Part shown: in pieces, positions 20,327 through 30,204 of the stretch
Numbering within the stretch: position 1 is the first letter of the stretch
Layout: each line of letters starts with the position of its first letter
Virus record (IMG/VR): IMGVR_UViG_3300035494_000146
DNA from: a virus
Direction: 5' to 3' (one strand)
Length of the DNA: 64,000 nucleotides
Notes under the pieces: model-generated
Seen by the model: the letters and a program-made list of their open reading frames with translations, nothing else
Database searches by the model: none
Told to the model about the DNA's origin: nothing
Translations under genes and position numbers: made by a program

Positions 20327-21935
20327 ATACAAATACGCAGTGATGTACACTGACGGTGGTCGACGTGAAGGAACTCATCGTGGCTCCGGCGGCTCCGGTA
20401 TTCATGGTTACCTATATAACGAACTTCCCACCGTCCGTTACAGTAAAGTACCCAACATCATCACCCCGACAGGTTACCATCCCAAACCAACCGGCCCGGA
20501 GCTGAAAGACGAAAAACACAACCCGACCTATGAGCAGTGGGATCAGAAAATCAGTTTGAAAGCCGATGATGGTGTCTGTAGAGTTACTAAAGAGGGGGCT
20601 GACATCGCTATCGTCGATGCCTGGATTTCTTTCCCCGACGGCACCTCTCAAGTAGGGGAATTGGAAGCATTGTGCCAGGTCCTGGAAACTGACAAACTGG
20701 ATGTGGAGTACATGTTAGTATATTCCGACAGTCAGTATCTGGTCGACGGCATTCGTCGCGACCTGGTCAACTGGAAGGCGCGCAATTGGTGCAGAGCAGA
20801 CGGGACTGAAATTAAGAACCTGGAAATCTGGCAACGCATCGATAAGTTGCTCGAGGTATGGAAAGACCGGCTGGAAGTGAAAAAGATCAAGGCCCATAAA
20901 GGGCACTTCGGAAATGAGTCGGCGGACCGCAACGCCACCTTTGCTGTCGTGGCCGGTATTAACGGCAAGCCGACTAACCACTGGATCGCCACCGACGTGC
21001 ACGACCAGGACTACTGGGAGCCGGAGAAACCAGTACCGCCCATGCTGCACCAAAAGTGGTGTTATGCGTTAACGTCGGAAGAGCGGCAGCAGGTTGATAT
21101 CGATGGCGAAACCTACCATCAGTATTTCTTGGGCGACCATTCTAAGAACAAAGATGACGTTGAACTGCTAGGTAAGATTATCCCCGATGCGGGCTTCTCT
21201 GTGGTATTGTCAAAGGAGCGGCCTGCGTTAATCGATGAGCTGTTAGATTATCATCGGAACAACATGTGGACCACACAGTGTGAGATGTATCAGTCGGCCT
21301 TGGTCGGCATGGTCAACGTGTCGTCGATCATGTCGCCGCGGATTATCTGGGAGTTGAAGCGTGCGGGCAGAGAGTGCCTGTGGATGGGCAATGACCATGA
21401 CGACCTGTTAACTATCGACAAGGAGCTGGTGGCGAAAGTGCAAAGACCGCCGCGATTATCGTACCGGGTGTTGGACGAAGAGCGTAACCTGCGGGACATT
21501 CTCAATGCTTACCTGATGACTAAGGGTTGCATCGTGGATGGCGACGACAACCCCTCACAGACCAAGATTGCGCTGACCGACCTGACTGACGCGTTTTTCC
21601 AGCAGGAGGTCAAGAAGAACGGAGAGGCGGGTGCTGTCAAGCTCACTGAGTTCTACACCAACGTCGACCGCTCCATCGAGGTCCAAGCGAATCTGGACGG
21701 AGTAAGCAAGCCGGTGAAGTTAATCCTGGCGCGGGGAATCGATTTGCCGTCACGAAACATGCTGGCAAAGCTTACCGACAAGAACCCCAAAGTTTATATT
21801 GTGACGTGGAAGTTCTCACGCATTCTGTACAATTATGGTTTTGTACTTGATTGCGATGACGGCGTGGGCATTTGGGCCGGCGTGTATCGCAATAAGCGTA
21901 TCTTGTCTACTGAGGAGCAAGCATGGATACTGTAA
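20307..21935 (+). CDS. rnhA: Ribonuclease HI with long C-terminal extension (phiKZ gp155-like)
   Basis: YTDGG, GELEAL, YSDSQY, KNLEIW, IKAHKGHFGNESAD motifs. Confidence 0.9.
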   Translation: MITQPLKYKYAVMYTDGGRREGTHRGSGGSGIHGYLYNELPTVRYSKVPNIITPTGYHPKPTGPELKDEKHNPTYEQWDQKISLKADDGVCRVTKEGADIAIVDAWISFPDGTSQVGELEALCQVLETDKLDVEYMLVYSDSQYLVDGIRRDLVNWKARNWCRADGTEIKNLEIWQRIDKLLEVWKDRLEVKKIKAHKGHFGNESADRNATFAVVAGINGKPTNHWIATDVHDQDYWEPEKPVPPMLHQKWCYALTSEERQQVDIDGETYHQYFLGDHSKNKDDVELLGKIIPDAGFSVVLSKERPALIDELLDYHRNNMWTTQCEMYQSALVGMVNVSSIMSPRIIWELKRAGRECLWMGNDHDDLLTIDKELVAKVQRPPRLSYRVLDEERNLRDILNAYLMTKGCIVDGDDNPSQTKIALTDLTDAFFQQEVKKNGEAGAVKLTEFYTNVDRSIEVQANLDGVSKPVKLILARGIDLPSRNMLAKLTDKNPKVYIVTWKFSRILYNYGFVLDCDDGVGIWAGVYRNKRILSTEEQAWIL

Positions 21936-22315
21936 GGAAGCCGTACTATGTGGTGATGAGTGGTCCGGACGCGGGACGATTGGAGTACGAGCAAGTTCCC
22001 ATGTCGCGAAAGGCAGAGGGTAACTGGTTATGTAAAGTGGAGTATGCCGAAGTGTACAATAACTTGGGTGTGTTGCTGGAACCACCGCGGGTAGTGCCAA
22101 AGCGACTTACACTTACGCAGCGGGTTATCAACGGACTCTGCCGGAAGACTAAATGGAAATGGCCCGTACGCTGGTGGACGCCGCAATACGTACCAAACCC
22201 ACACTTCCGTAAGGATGCCTTTCGGCTGCCCGACTGGCGCACTGATGACATGATCGATCTGATTTTGCGGCAAACTGCGTGGAAAGAACAACGGCAAAAG
22301 ACAACAATATCCTAA
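21923..22315 (+). CDS. Hypothetical protein
   Basis: 130-aa ORF overlapping the RNase H stop; GGAG RBS. Confidence 0.6.
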   Translation: MDTVRKPYYVVMSGPDAGRLEYEQVPMSRKAEGNWLCKVEYAEVYNNLGVLLEPPRVVPKRLTLTQRVINGLCRKTKWKWPVRWWTPQYVPNPHFRKDAFRLPDWRTDDMIDLILRQTAWKEQRQKTTIS

Positions 22316-22322
22316 CCGCCAT

Positions 22323-22354
22323 CAGGGACCTTCGGGTCCCTGACCGGTTTTTAT
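22323..22354 (+). terminator. Intrinsic terminator
   Basis: CAGGGACC-TTCG-GGTCCCTG followed by T tract. Confidence 0.8.
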
Positions 22355-22371
22355 TTCAGTTATATGTTATT
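22355..22371 (+). promoter_or_regulatory. Candidate early promoter motif (TATATGTTATT)
   Basis: TATATnTnATY instance just after a terminator and upstream of GTG 22401. Confidence 0.55.
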
Positions 22372-22400
22372 ATCATGAACTAACTATCTTGGAGTTTGTC

Positions 22401-22829
22401 GTGAGTAACGATTATCGTGTCATTGACGTCACCATAGACATCCCGCCGGATGTGCGTGACAACCTGCGAAGTTTATACTCCGCTGGGGTATTAGAGCTGG
22501 GACTGTCGGAAGGGGACCACATGCACAGTCTGTACACGAGGGTGTTTAGGTTGGCCATTGAGGAATGTATCGACACAATGCTGAGCTATGACATGCCCAC
22601 TGCACGGTTTGCAGATTTCGCCAGTGTGTGGCGCGAGGTTGGCTCACATGAGAGTCTGTCTGACTTCTTTGGTCACACCATCCCAAGACCGGCAGAGCTA
22701 TGTATGTTGTTAGCTCCATTACGGAAACTTTACGAACGGTCAGTACCTGATGATGCATTGGCCATCGATCGAGTGTACGTCAGTCCAGCACTAAACTATG
22801 TTAGGGTGAGGGTGGAGACATGGAAGTAA
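22401..22829 (+). CDS. Hypothetical protein
   Basis: ORF 22389..22829; GTG 22401 follows GGAG RBS. Confidence 0.6.
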   Translation: MSNDYRVIDVTIDIPPDVRDNLRSLYSAGVLELGLSEGDHMHSLYTRVFRLAIEECIDTMLSYDMPTARFADFASVWREVGSHESLSDFFGHTIPRPAELCMLLAPLRKLYERSVPDDALAIDRVYVSPALNYVRVRVETWK

Positions 22830-23401
22830 CTTTAAACTTGGGACGGCGATCCCGTGATGCGATTCGTCGACTTTGGACGAAAATAGAATCCGATCATGAC
22901 CTGGGGGTATTTTCTGATGCCGCACGACAGCTAGTGTACGATTGTTTCATCATGCAAGTTGAGGAGCTGATTTCATACATCATGAACGGCAGTTACAACA
23001 TGCACCGCTACCGGGCGCTATTGGACATCACCGGACCGTTGGTGTTTGCAGAAGGTGCGTACATCGAACTGAGCCCACAAGACCTGCAAGAGTTGGCGGA
23101 AGATGGTAGTCGACTTGCCGCGGGAATGTTGGAGACCATTGACGACGAGGATGACCCGTACGGACCCAACGACCTCTCACCTGTAACCGTCGCGTGGATG
23201 GTGCAGGAGTGTCTACCGCACTTCGACGCCTATGCTGAGATCGAGAACGTCATTACAGCAGATCTGTACCGGCTGGGTTTGTATGATGTGGACTGCGATG
23301 TTACAGTTCGACGTGGCGGTGCTACACTGACCCTGACTGGCATCACACGGGAAAAGTTGCGCGGTATAGGTCCTAGGTATAAAAAGGCAGGGCAGCGGTA
23401 G
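22820..23401 (+). CDS. Hypothetical protein
   Basis: 193-aa acidic ORF, GGAG RBS, overlaps the previous stop. Confidence 0.6.
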   Translation: MEVTLNLGRRSRDAIRRLWTKIESDHDLGVFSDAARQLVYDCFIMQVEELISYIMNGSYNMHRYRALLDITGPLVFAEGAYIELSPQDLQELAEDGSRLAAGMLETIDDEDDPYGPNDLSPVTVAWMVQECLPHFDAYAEIENVITADLYRLGLYDVDCDVTVRRGGATLTLTGITREKLRGIGPRYKKAGQR

Positions 23402-23478
23402 CCTTCGTCATATCTGGCTATCGTCAGTAACAGTAATCTCAGATATATAGTCTGATCGTTCGGTATCTGCACAAAACG

Positions 23479-23527
23479 CGGGAGGACGCTAGCCCTCCCG
23501 ACGGTTCTTTTTTTTTTATTTTTTTGA
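23479..23527. terminator. Terminator between convergent units
   Basis: CGGGAGG...CCTCCCG hairpin with long T tract. Confidence 0.6.
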
Positions 23528-24367
23528 GATCTTTTTCAGTTTCTTCACACTGTCTTCCAGTGCAGTGCTCAACACCAGCACCTGACGTTGGTAGACAGCA
23601 AAGAACTCTACCCACACCGCGCATTGGTACAGCTGATCGGAGATCATTCCACCCATCTTCGGTGAGAGCGATTGATAGCGCTCATCGTCTTTCATTTGCG
23701 TTACCAGCTCATCGGCCAGCTGTATCAACTGTCGCATGTTGCGCTCGACAGCTTGCATATGGCTGAGTGGCAAGTTGTCCTGGAGTTGAGCCAGTCGCTG
23801 CACGGTCACGGACAGGTCTTGGTTTCGCTTCAGCACCTGTTTGTATTTGGCGGTGTCATCGCGGCTCGCTGCATCGAAACACTTGCTGATTTCTTTGGCC
23901 ACGTCTTCCGGCTTAACCCCAAACAGTTTGCCAGTGAAGGCAGTGCCTTTGAGACCGGATTTGGACGCCGCCAGGCCGGGATTGTTGATCAGCACACCCA
24001 CGGTCTCGATGGCTGGCTGGAGTAGCTCTTCGTTCAGCTTGAGAATATGCGGCAGTGCATTTTCCAGTGCGTCCAAGTACTCCAGGTACGTCACTTTCAG
24101 ACCGACTGGTACAAACAGTGTCACATCGCCCAGTACCATATAAGACTCCCGGTCCGCCCACGCAAGCAGATCTTGCTCAACCCTTGGCGACCAGCTGTAA
24201 TGACTGGCCATGTTCTTGCCGAACAGTTCGCTAACCCGTTCAGACATGCGCCCAAATAGGGAGTTTTTAAACACCCGTGCGAAGTTCTCATAAAAGCTGG
24301 ACGCGGCCTCGTGTTCGATCGCAACATTGAGTCGTTGGAGCTCAATGAGCTTAGGTAACGTTTGCAT
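23516..24367 (-). CDS. Conserved virion/head protein (phiKZ gp153-like by synteny with UvsX)
   Basis: 283-aa helical ORF divergent from uvsX; GAGG RBS. Confidence 0.55.
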   Translation of the reverse strand: MQTLPKLIELQRLNVAIEHEAASSFYENFARVFKNSLFGRMSERVSELFGKNMASHYSWSPRVEQDLLAWADRESYMVLGDVTLFVPVGLKVTYLEYLDALENALPHILKLNEELLQPAIETVGVLINNPGLAASKSGLKGTAFTGKLFGVKPEDVAKEISKCFDAASRDDTAKYKQVLKRNQDLSVTVQRLAQLQDNLPLSHMQAVERNMRQLIQLADELVTQMKDDERYQSLSPKMGGMISDQLYQCAVWVEFFAVYQRQVLVLSTALEDSVKKLKKISKK

Positions 24368-24460
24368 CAGGTTAGTACCTCACAAAAAGTTTATTTTTTA
24401 GGATAGGACATCATCTTTTGAATGAACCACACATAGAATGATTAAAGGGGAAATGATAAC

Positions 24461-25912
24461 ATGGCTGGACCTAGCTCACGCGTTCGTGCGAAAACCATCC
24501 GCCCACGGTTTAACGTCTTCTCCATCTTGGACTTGATGACCGGTCGTTTTCTGAAAGGAAAAGATAACCTCTGGTACCTCGATGGCGGGTATGGACAAAT
24601 CATGGGCTTCGGCGGACGCGGCAATACGTTCAAGTCAGCGCTGTCGTGTACACTGGCCTCCACTGCCTCATTGCGGTACCAGTTCGAATACACCGAGTTT
24701 TACGATTCAGAACTGTCAATGAAAGTTGGACGCATACAAGACTACATTGACAGCGTAGTACGCGACCATCACTGGGAAGAGCGGCCTGACATCCTTCAGT
24801 TGCTGGACGACCCTGACACCCCGTGGAACATGACCAACTCCGCGGTACAGCCGGGCGAGCTGTGGTGGCGGGACAACTGTCGGGGTGAACTGGCCAACCG
24901 TGAAAAAATCAAAGAGAAAGATCATCGCATCACTCCATTCAAAGAAATGGACGGCACCTACGCCACCATGCTCAACCCGTGGATCTTTACCGTCGATTCC
25001 TTGTCAGAATTCCACACTGGCTCCGTTGAGAAGAAGTACGACAAAGGCACCGTGGGTGAGTCTGACCTGAACACTGAAGCTATGGATGATGCACGCTCCA
25101 AAGCACAGCTGATGAAGCAGATGCCTACCGTGGCGGCGCGTGGTAACTACTACTTTGGCCTGATCGCTCACGCGGATGACGAACTGAAGATGGACATGTA
25201 CGCCCCCTCCCAGAAGAAGTTGGAAGGGTTGAAAGGCAACCTGAAGTTCAAAGGCGTACCTGGACGCGGATTTAGTTTCCTGCCGAACAGTGTATTGTTG
25301 GCCACCGGGTTTCGTAACGGTCTCAACAAATCCGATAAGATGCCAGAATACCCCCACCCGGACGTGGAACCGCGTGTGGGCGACACCGACTTGCGGTTCA
25401 TTGAATTCACTGAACTGCGAGGCAAATCCGGTCCAACTGGCGCCAGCATCGAAATCGCTTTTTCACAAATCGAAGGCCTACTGGTCGGTGTAACTGAATT
25501 TAACTACATTCGCGAACATGCGAAGGAGTTTGGCGTGACATCCTCCGGCTCAGGTGGGGCGTTCAAGAAGCTCGATATCTACCCGGAGGTAACATTCACC
25601 CGGAAGAACCTGCGCGAGCTGCTCGAGGCCAATGCCAAGTTCAAACGAGCCATGGCCATCACTGCGTCTCTGGCATATATCAACATGAACTGGTTCCACC
25701 TTGACCCTGAATATCGGATGAGTGCGCAGGAGCTGTACGACAAAATCAAAGAACGGGGCTTTGACTGGAACCAGATCCTCCAAGACACGGTTGAGTACTG
25801 GTACTTCCAAGACCAAGAGGAAGAGATTGGCAAGCCCACTATCACCATTATGACACTGTTGGACATGGCATTGGGCAACCTTAAACCTAAGATGCTCTCC
25901 TGTTCAAAGTGA
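24461..25912 (+). CDS. uvsX: UvsX/RecA-like recombinase
   Basis: Variant Walker A GRGNTFKS, DSELSM, Walker B FTVDSLS, MDDARSKAQLM; AAAGGGG RBS. Confidence 0.85.
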   Translation: MAGPSSRVRAKTIRPRFNVFSILDLMTGRFLKGKDNLWYLDGGYGQIMGFGGRGNTFKSALSCTLASTASLRYQFEYTEFYDSELSMKVGRIQDYIDSVVRDHHWEERPDILQLLDDPDTPWNMTNSAVQPGELWWRDNCRGELANREKIKEKDHRITPFKEMDGTYATMLNPWIFTVDSLSEFHTGSVEKKYDKGTVGESDLNTEAMDDARSKAQLMKQMPTVAARGNYYFGLIAHADDELKMDMYAPSQKKLEGLKGNLKFKGVPGRGFSFLPNSVLLATGFRNGLNKSDKMPEYPHPDVEPRVGDTDLRFIEFTELRGKSGPTGASIEIAFSQIEGLLVGVTEFNYIREHAKEFGVTSSGSGGAFKKLDIYPEVTFTRKNLRELLEANAKFKRAMAITASLAYINMNWFHLDPEYRMSAQELYDKIKERGFDWNQILQDTVEYWYFQDQEEEIGKPTITIMTLLDMALGNLKPKMLSCSK

Positions 25913-25920
25913 CAACAACG

Positions 25921-25938
25921 GGCGGGGTAGTCCCCGCC
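25921..25938 (+). terminator. Hairpin after uvsX
   Basis: GGCGGGG-TAGT-CCCCGCC; no strong U tail. Confidence 0.45.
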
Positions 25939-25949
25939 TAGGAGTTATT

Positions 25950-26288
25950 ATGACTGGACGCATTATGCGGGAATTGGAACTGGAGATCCAGTACCAATAT
26001 CCTGAACTCAGTTGCGAGCTGCGCGAAGCCTACCACGATTGGAAGTCGCGCACCCGTTCTATTAATACCCACTGGCACGAAGAAGTGCGAGATATCAACA
26101 GTTTTCTGAACTGGCAGTTGTTGTCCCGTTATCGTGAGCATCGTGGACGTGATAATCAGCGACTGCACGAAGAAGTTCGTCGAGCCCGCAATAGCCTGGG
26201 GACTTTGAACCGGTCCCAAGATGTAGCTGGTTGGATCCGCAACTTGATGGACCGCTATTTCCCCACTTATATTAAGTTGGATAGATAA
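25950..26288 (+). CDS. Hypothetical protein
   Basis: 112-aa ORF, AGGAG RBS. Confidence 0.6.
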   Translation: MTGRIMRELELEIQYQYPELSCELREAYHDWKSRTRSINTHWHEEVRDINSFLNWQLLSRYREHRGRDNQRLHEEVRRARNSLGTLNRSQDVAGWIRNLMDRYFPTYIKLDR

Positions 26289-26797
26289 TGCGCAATCCCA
26301 TCTTTGACAAGCTACTTGACACCTTGGAACACGGTGGGTTATTTTCGCACACAAACGTCGGTCATGCAGAACTGTTTTTTGCAGGACTTGATCCTGACAC
26401 CATGGACCAGGTGTCTGTCGCCATCACAGGCGATAGCGATCTGACAGATAAAGCGGCGGTATCCAACTGCATTACTTCTATCTTGTCTATTTTTGAACGC
26501 AAGGTCAATGTGCGCATTCAAACTGGGCAACATGACGGCGTTGAAGCTATTGTGCGTCAATATGCAACACGCAATCACATTGAGGTGGACATACACGACT
26601 CTGGTCAAATCGAAGAGTGGACCCAACCGTCTGTGCGCTTAACCAAAGCGCGCGATCGGCGCATGGTGGCCGCATCCCATGTCGTCGTTGTGATCACCCA
26701 AGGGTTAAGTAAGGAATGTAAGTATATCACCGAGCAAGCGATCCAGGAAGGGCGCCTGGTCACGGTGAGAAAAATAAAGCAGGGGAAAACCACATGA
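26288..26797 (+). CDS. SLOG-superfamily protein (DprA/YspA/DUF2493-like)
   Basis: IQTGQHDGVEAIVRQYA and ARDRRMVAASHVVVV...SKECKYITEQA resemble SLOG G-x-x-GAD and RN-x-x-M motifs. Confidence 0.6.
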   Translation: MRNPIFDKLLDTLEHGGLFSHTNVGHAELFFAGLDPDTMDQVSVAITGDSDLTDKAAVSNCITSILSIFERKVNVRIQTGQHDGVEAIVRQYATRNHIEVDIHDSGQIEEWTQPSVRLTKARDRRMVAASHVVVVITQGLSKECKYITEQAIQEGRLVTVRKIKQGKTT

Positions 26798-26985
26798 GTA
26801 ACGTTAGTGTGAAAACCGACATCACTGACAAGGGCGTCGTTACCACTATTTATACCGAAGTCCACGATCGCATCCAGGTCGATCGGTTACGAGCGGCCAT
26901 TGTTCGGGCCGTTAGTGAGGAACTCACCGCCATCCTCAGCGAGCCACGCACGCAAGGAACCCAGTATGAAACCGCAAACCCGTAA
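26794..26985 (+). CDS. Small hypothetical protein
   Basis: 63-aa ORF coupled to its neighbours; AGGGG RBS. Confidence 0.5.
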   Translation: MSNVSVKTDITDKGVVTTIYTEVHDRIQVDRLRAAIVRAVSEELTAILSEPRTQGTQYETANP

Positions 26986-27628
26986 GAAAATCGAGGCGTT
27001 TATCCTCGATTATGTACACCAGGTCGACCCCTCAGGGGAAAACAAACGACTGTACCAAGAAAAGATCTTCCCCCGCCTTGACGATAAGGCCCTGGAAGCA
27101 TTTATTGCACGGCCAATCCCAATCTATGCGCCCAATGGCGGTAAGGTGAGGATCGACCACATGCGCAACGTAGAGATCATGCGAAAGCTTGGGTATGAGC
27201 CAGAGCAGAAGTGTTGGTTGACGGACCCACGTACAGGGGTGACTTCCCTGACACGCAAGAAGCATATCGTGCTGCCGTTGCCGGTTCGCCGACAAACTCA
27301 GATGATCGATAAAAAGATCTCCATCGCCGACCACAACCGGACGATTGACAAGACCACGGGTCAGGCCACTGGTGCGTCGAAAGGTTCTTCCTTTTCATTT
27401 CCGCAGATCTACGTTATGGCCACGAAAGGATATAAAGAAACCATTCGCGAACTGATCAAGATCCGTGGCGGCGATAACAAAGCCCGCCAGGCGGTTGATC
27501 GGCAGTTACGTCAGTTTGGTAGCGCCTCCCAATCCTTCGAAGGGGCGGATAAAACCCGCACCAAGTCGGTGGTCACCACTGGCATCATTTTCCGCTGCAT
27601 GCACATCGGCACTAACCTGGGATACTAA
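26966..27628 (+). CDS. Virion RNA polymerase beta subunit, C-terminal piece (phiKZ gp149-like)
   Basis: LPVRRQTQMIDKKIS...IDKTTGQATGASKGSSFSFPQ aligns by eye with bacterial beta C-terminal L-x-H-x-V-x-DK...TQQP-x-GGK...G-x-RFGEME; start ATG 26966 (AAGGA RBS). Confidence 0.75.
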   Translation: MKPQTRKKIEAFILDYVHQVDPSGENKRLYQEKIFPRLDDKALEAFIARPIPIYAPNGGKVRIDHMRNVEIMRKLGYEPEQKCWLTDPRTGVTSLTRKKHIVLPLPVRRQTQMIDKKISIADHNRTIDKTTGQATGASKGSSFSFPQIYVMATKGYKETIRELIKIRGGDNKARQAVDRQLRQFGSASQSFEGADKTRTKSVVTTGIIFRCMHIGTNLGY

Positions 27629-27630
27629 CG

Positions 27631-28092
27631 ATGAACACGTCATCCATTTATCAGTACGCGCTCAATCTCGTCCGCGATCAAATACGGCAAGAGCTCAACA
27701 CAGCTGACGACACTTCGGGACGTATCGAACAGTTCGCAGGGGTTTTTGGCTCGGTGACGCTGTCGATCTTCACTCATGAAGGCTACCAAAATATCCTCCA
27801 GGGTATCGATGCGCAGCAAGCAGCCACCCAGGCATACCTCACCAACTTCATTGCACGGACGGCAATACACCTGCGGATGGATCTTGACACCATGGGTCCA
27901 GATGTGAGTTTCAGTAAACTGCAGAATGTATTCTCCGAGACCTTAGGAGATCTTGGTGTTATGGAGTTGTTCGATACTCAGGTAACGGACCGCATCGACC
28001 ACAGTCTGATTGAAAGTGGTGGACCGCTGGTGATCTATTTAATCACGGCGGCCTTCCGCTCCGTTCTGAGTGAGTTGTCTGCTGGAGTGTGA
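27631..28092 (+). CDS. Hypothetical protein
   Basis: 153-aa ORF tightly coupled to its neighbours. Confidence 0.6.
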   Translation: MNTSSIYQYALNLVRDQIRQELNTADDTSGRIEQFAGVFGSVTLSIFTHEGYQNILQGIDAQQAATQAYLTNFIARTAIHLRMDLDTMGPDVSFSKLQNVFSETLGDLGVMELFDTQVTDRIDHSLIESGGPLVIYLITAAFRSVLSELSAGV

Positions 28093-28093
28093 T

Positions 28094-28801
28094 ATGCAAT
28101 CGCAAGATGTGTTAATTGACCTTGATTCCCTGCTCGACACCCGTATTGGTTTATTGCGGGCCCGATTTCCCTCGCGCGTACCCACGGTTGATATGGCAGC
28201 ATATGTCAACCGCTATAAAGACAATTTGCCTGAATTATTTGGCGTAAATAAAAATGAATGGGATTCGGCCTGGGCAGAGCGGGACCTCAGCGTGATTAAG
28301 TCATCACACGCTACCGTGTTTGCAAAAACCTTAGGGCGTCTCCTAGCGCCACATAAGGTCCGTGGCGACGTTTCTCCAATACATGACCGGTTACACCTAT
28401 TCATTAACTACTGGCCGTACAGACTCACTGAGGAGCTTCAGGACGAGTTTGTGGCGGCTATTAGCGAACTGGCTATCGAAGGTACGTTAGTGTCCATGGT
28501 GTCACACCCCGTGACTGAGTTAACGCCCAAACTGGTTGGCGATCGCTATAGCGCCATGATCATGTATAATGCTATCCCGTGGATGGACGCACAAAAAGAA
28601 GCGTTAGCGTCACACCGCATTCCGCGGGTGACGCTGTATACGCAAGGGGTTATTATCGATGATGACCCTGAACTGCTAGCCCACATTGAACGGGAATCGA
28701 TCGACCCGTTCGTTCGGGTGAAGCAACAACTGGCGGAATACTTCAGCCTGCATTGGTGGAAGCCGAGTTATTTCAGTCTTCCGTTATCCCCTTCAGCTTA
28801 G
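28094..28801 (+). CDS. Conserved hypothetical protein with HAD-like N-terminus
   Basis: VLIDLDSLLDTR resembles HAD motif I; start ATG 28094 after GGAG. Confidence 0.55.
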   Translation: MQSQDVLIDLDSLLDTRIGLLRARFPSRVPTVDMAAYVNRYKDNLPELFGVNKNEWDSAWAERDLSVIKSSHATVFAKTLGRLLAPHKVRGDVSPIHDRLHLFINYWPYRLTEELQDEFVAAISELAIEGTLVSMVSHPVTELTPKLVGDRYSAMIMYNAIPWMDAQKEALASHRIPRVTLYTQGVIIDDDPELLAHIERESIDPFVRVKQQLAEYFSLHWWKPSYFSLPLSPSA

Positions 28802-29213
28802 CACGACCCTCGGCCACAATTTGGTCGAGGTCAACCACATCACCCACCTGACTCGTCTCGCCTTGGGTCAAGTTAAAGTCAGGCAACTGGCCACGACTGA
28901 TATCAGGACCACGCACGCTACGCTCAGCGTTGCGGTCGATGCGCGGTGCTCGGTTCAACACCTGATCCAACAGCTCGGCAGCACGACGGTCGTTCTCAGC
29001 ACCGATCTCATCAACAGTCAGGCGTTTCTTCGTGAACACGGACGAGTCGCTGTCTTTCAGCAGACTTTTCACCAACGTCAGGGCATCCAGGTCATCTGGG
29101 ATATTGCGCTTGCCGTCTTTGTCCGAGATCAGGTGATTGATGATGTCGTGACGCAACGTCTGGTTTTGTAGCAGGCGATCATCATCGGGATCTTTTACAA
29201 TGTCTTCAGCCAT
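28773..29213 (-). CDS. Conserved hypothetical protein
   Basis: ORF 28773..29231; ATG 29213 has a GGAGG RBS. Confidence 0.6.
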   Translation of the reverse strand: MAEDIVKDPDDDRLLQNQTLRHDIINHLISDKDGKRNIPDDLDALTLVKSLLKDSDSSVFTKKRLTVDEIGAENDRRAAELLDQVLNRAPRIDRNAERSVRGPDISRGQLPDFNLTQGETSQVGDVVDLDQIVAEGRAKLKGITED

Positions 29214-29229
29214 TGGATTCAATGCCTCC

Positions 29230-29736
29230 ATGAAAAAGTTTTTAGGATATATTTTATCTCCACGTAAGCGACGACTGTGGCTTGCAGAGAAACGTCTTCA
29301 TAAAATGAAGCAGGTCGGGGAAATCGTGTATGCCGATGCACTTTACCAGTTTCTATTGGAGTACCGTGAATTGCCTACCTTGGCAGAACAACGTCAGGTT
29401 AATATTGACATGCGGGCACATGATATTGGCGAGGTGGTGCAAGCGCTGGCGACGTTCCGTAATTGCGTGATTGCGGACAGTCCGAGCCAGAAGTACTACA
29501 CTCAAATGCCAGATTGGTACGCGGATACCCCCACCCCAACCACACTCATCGAGTTTATGGTTGATCGTGGATATCTGCTTAACATTGAGGAGATCATCGA
29601 AACCATCGCTATTCAATTGCAGGAGATCCGACATGCCATGCCTGCGACCGTAAACGCAGAGCTGGTTACGTATTACCAAAAGAAGTCTCGTCGATTGTAT
29701 CAAGAAGTGATACGCTTTGGCGAGGCATTGTTATGA
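29230..29736 (+). CDS. Hypothetical protein (start uncertain: 29230 or 29305)
   Basis: ORF 29200..29736; a promoter-like motif at 29248 suggests the later start. Confidence 0.55.
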   Translation: MKKFLGYILSPRKRRLWLAEKRLHKMKQVGEIVYADALYQFLLEYRELPTLAEQRQVNIDMRAHDIGEVVQALATFRNCVIADSPSQKYYTQMPDWYADTPTPTTLIEFMVDRGYLLNIEEIIETIAIQLQEIRHAMPATVNAELVTYYQKKSRRLYQEVIRFGEALL

Positions 29737-29781
29737 GCTCGTCCATTTAGGACGCGATGTTGTTAAGCATCAGAGGTCACT

Positions 29782-30204
29782 ATGTCAAAGAAACGGGCCA
29801 GAGAGGCCACGGAAAACCCACAACGTCAGATTGAATTATCTCACGGCAACTTACTCGGCAAATTGTTTTGGACCATCATCGATCGGGCCAACATCACCTA
29901 CCCGCAATGGGATAGGTACATGACCAAGTTTGTGAATAACCCGCAGAACGTGCCCGAGCAAACGCCGGACCGGCGGAGCGAACGGCGATCTAACCTGATG
30001 GCTGCCCTGACTAAATATGACCGCCTGAGCTGGAATCGGTTTATCGAGGGGTTGAAGTCAGCCGGTTTTTCTGAGATCGAGCTGACCATCAAGGTTCGAC
30101 GCAAGCGCGGTATAGAACCCGTCGAGGTGACGTTGATTTCCGACCTCATGGATATCGATACCCGTCACGACCACAGCAACACAAAGGACGATGATCATGA
30201 GTGA
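29782..30204 (+). CDS. Conserved hypothetical protein of phiKZ-like phages
   Basis: LLGKLFWTII...RSNLMAALTK...LSWNRFIEGL pattern; GAGG RBS. Confidence 0.6.
   Translation: MSKKRAREATENPQRQIELSHGNLLGKLFWTIIDRANITYPQWDRYMTKFVNNPQNVPEQTPDRRSERRSNLMAALTKYDRLSWNRFIEGLKSAGFSEIELTIKVRRKRGIEPVEVTLISDLMDIDTRHDHSNTKDDDHE

Noticed and set aside
23438-23454. Group I S-like motif GATATATAGTCTG, or a promoter copy, in the 23402-23515 gap
   Set aside because: No P, Q or R elements nearby and the gap is too short; it also does not fit TATATnTnATY and has no downstream + strand gene.
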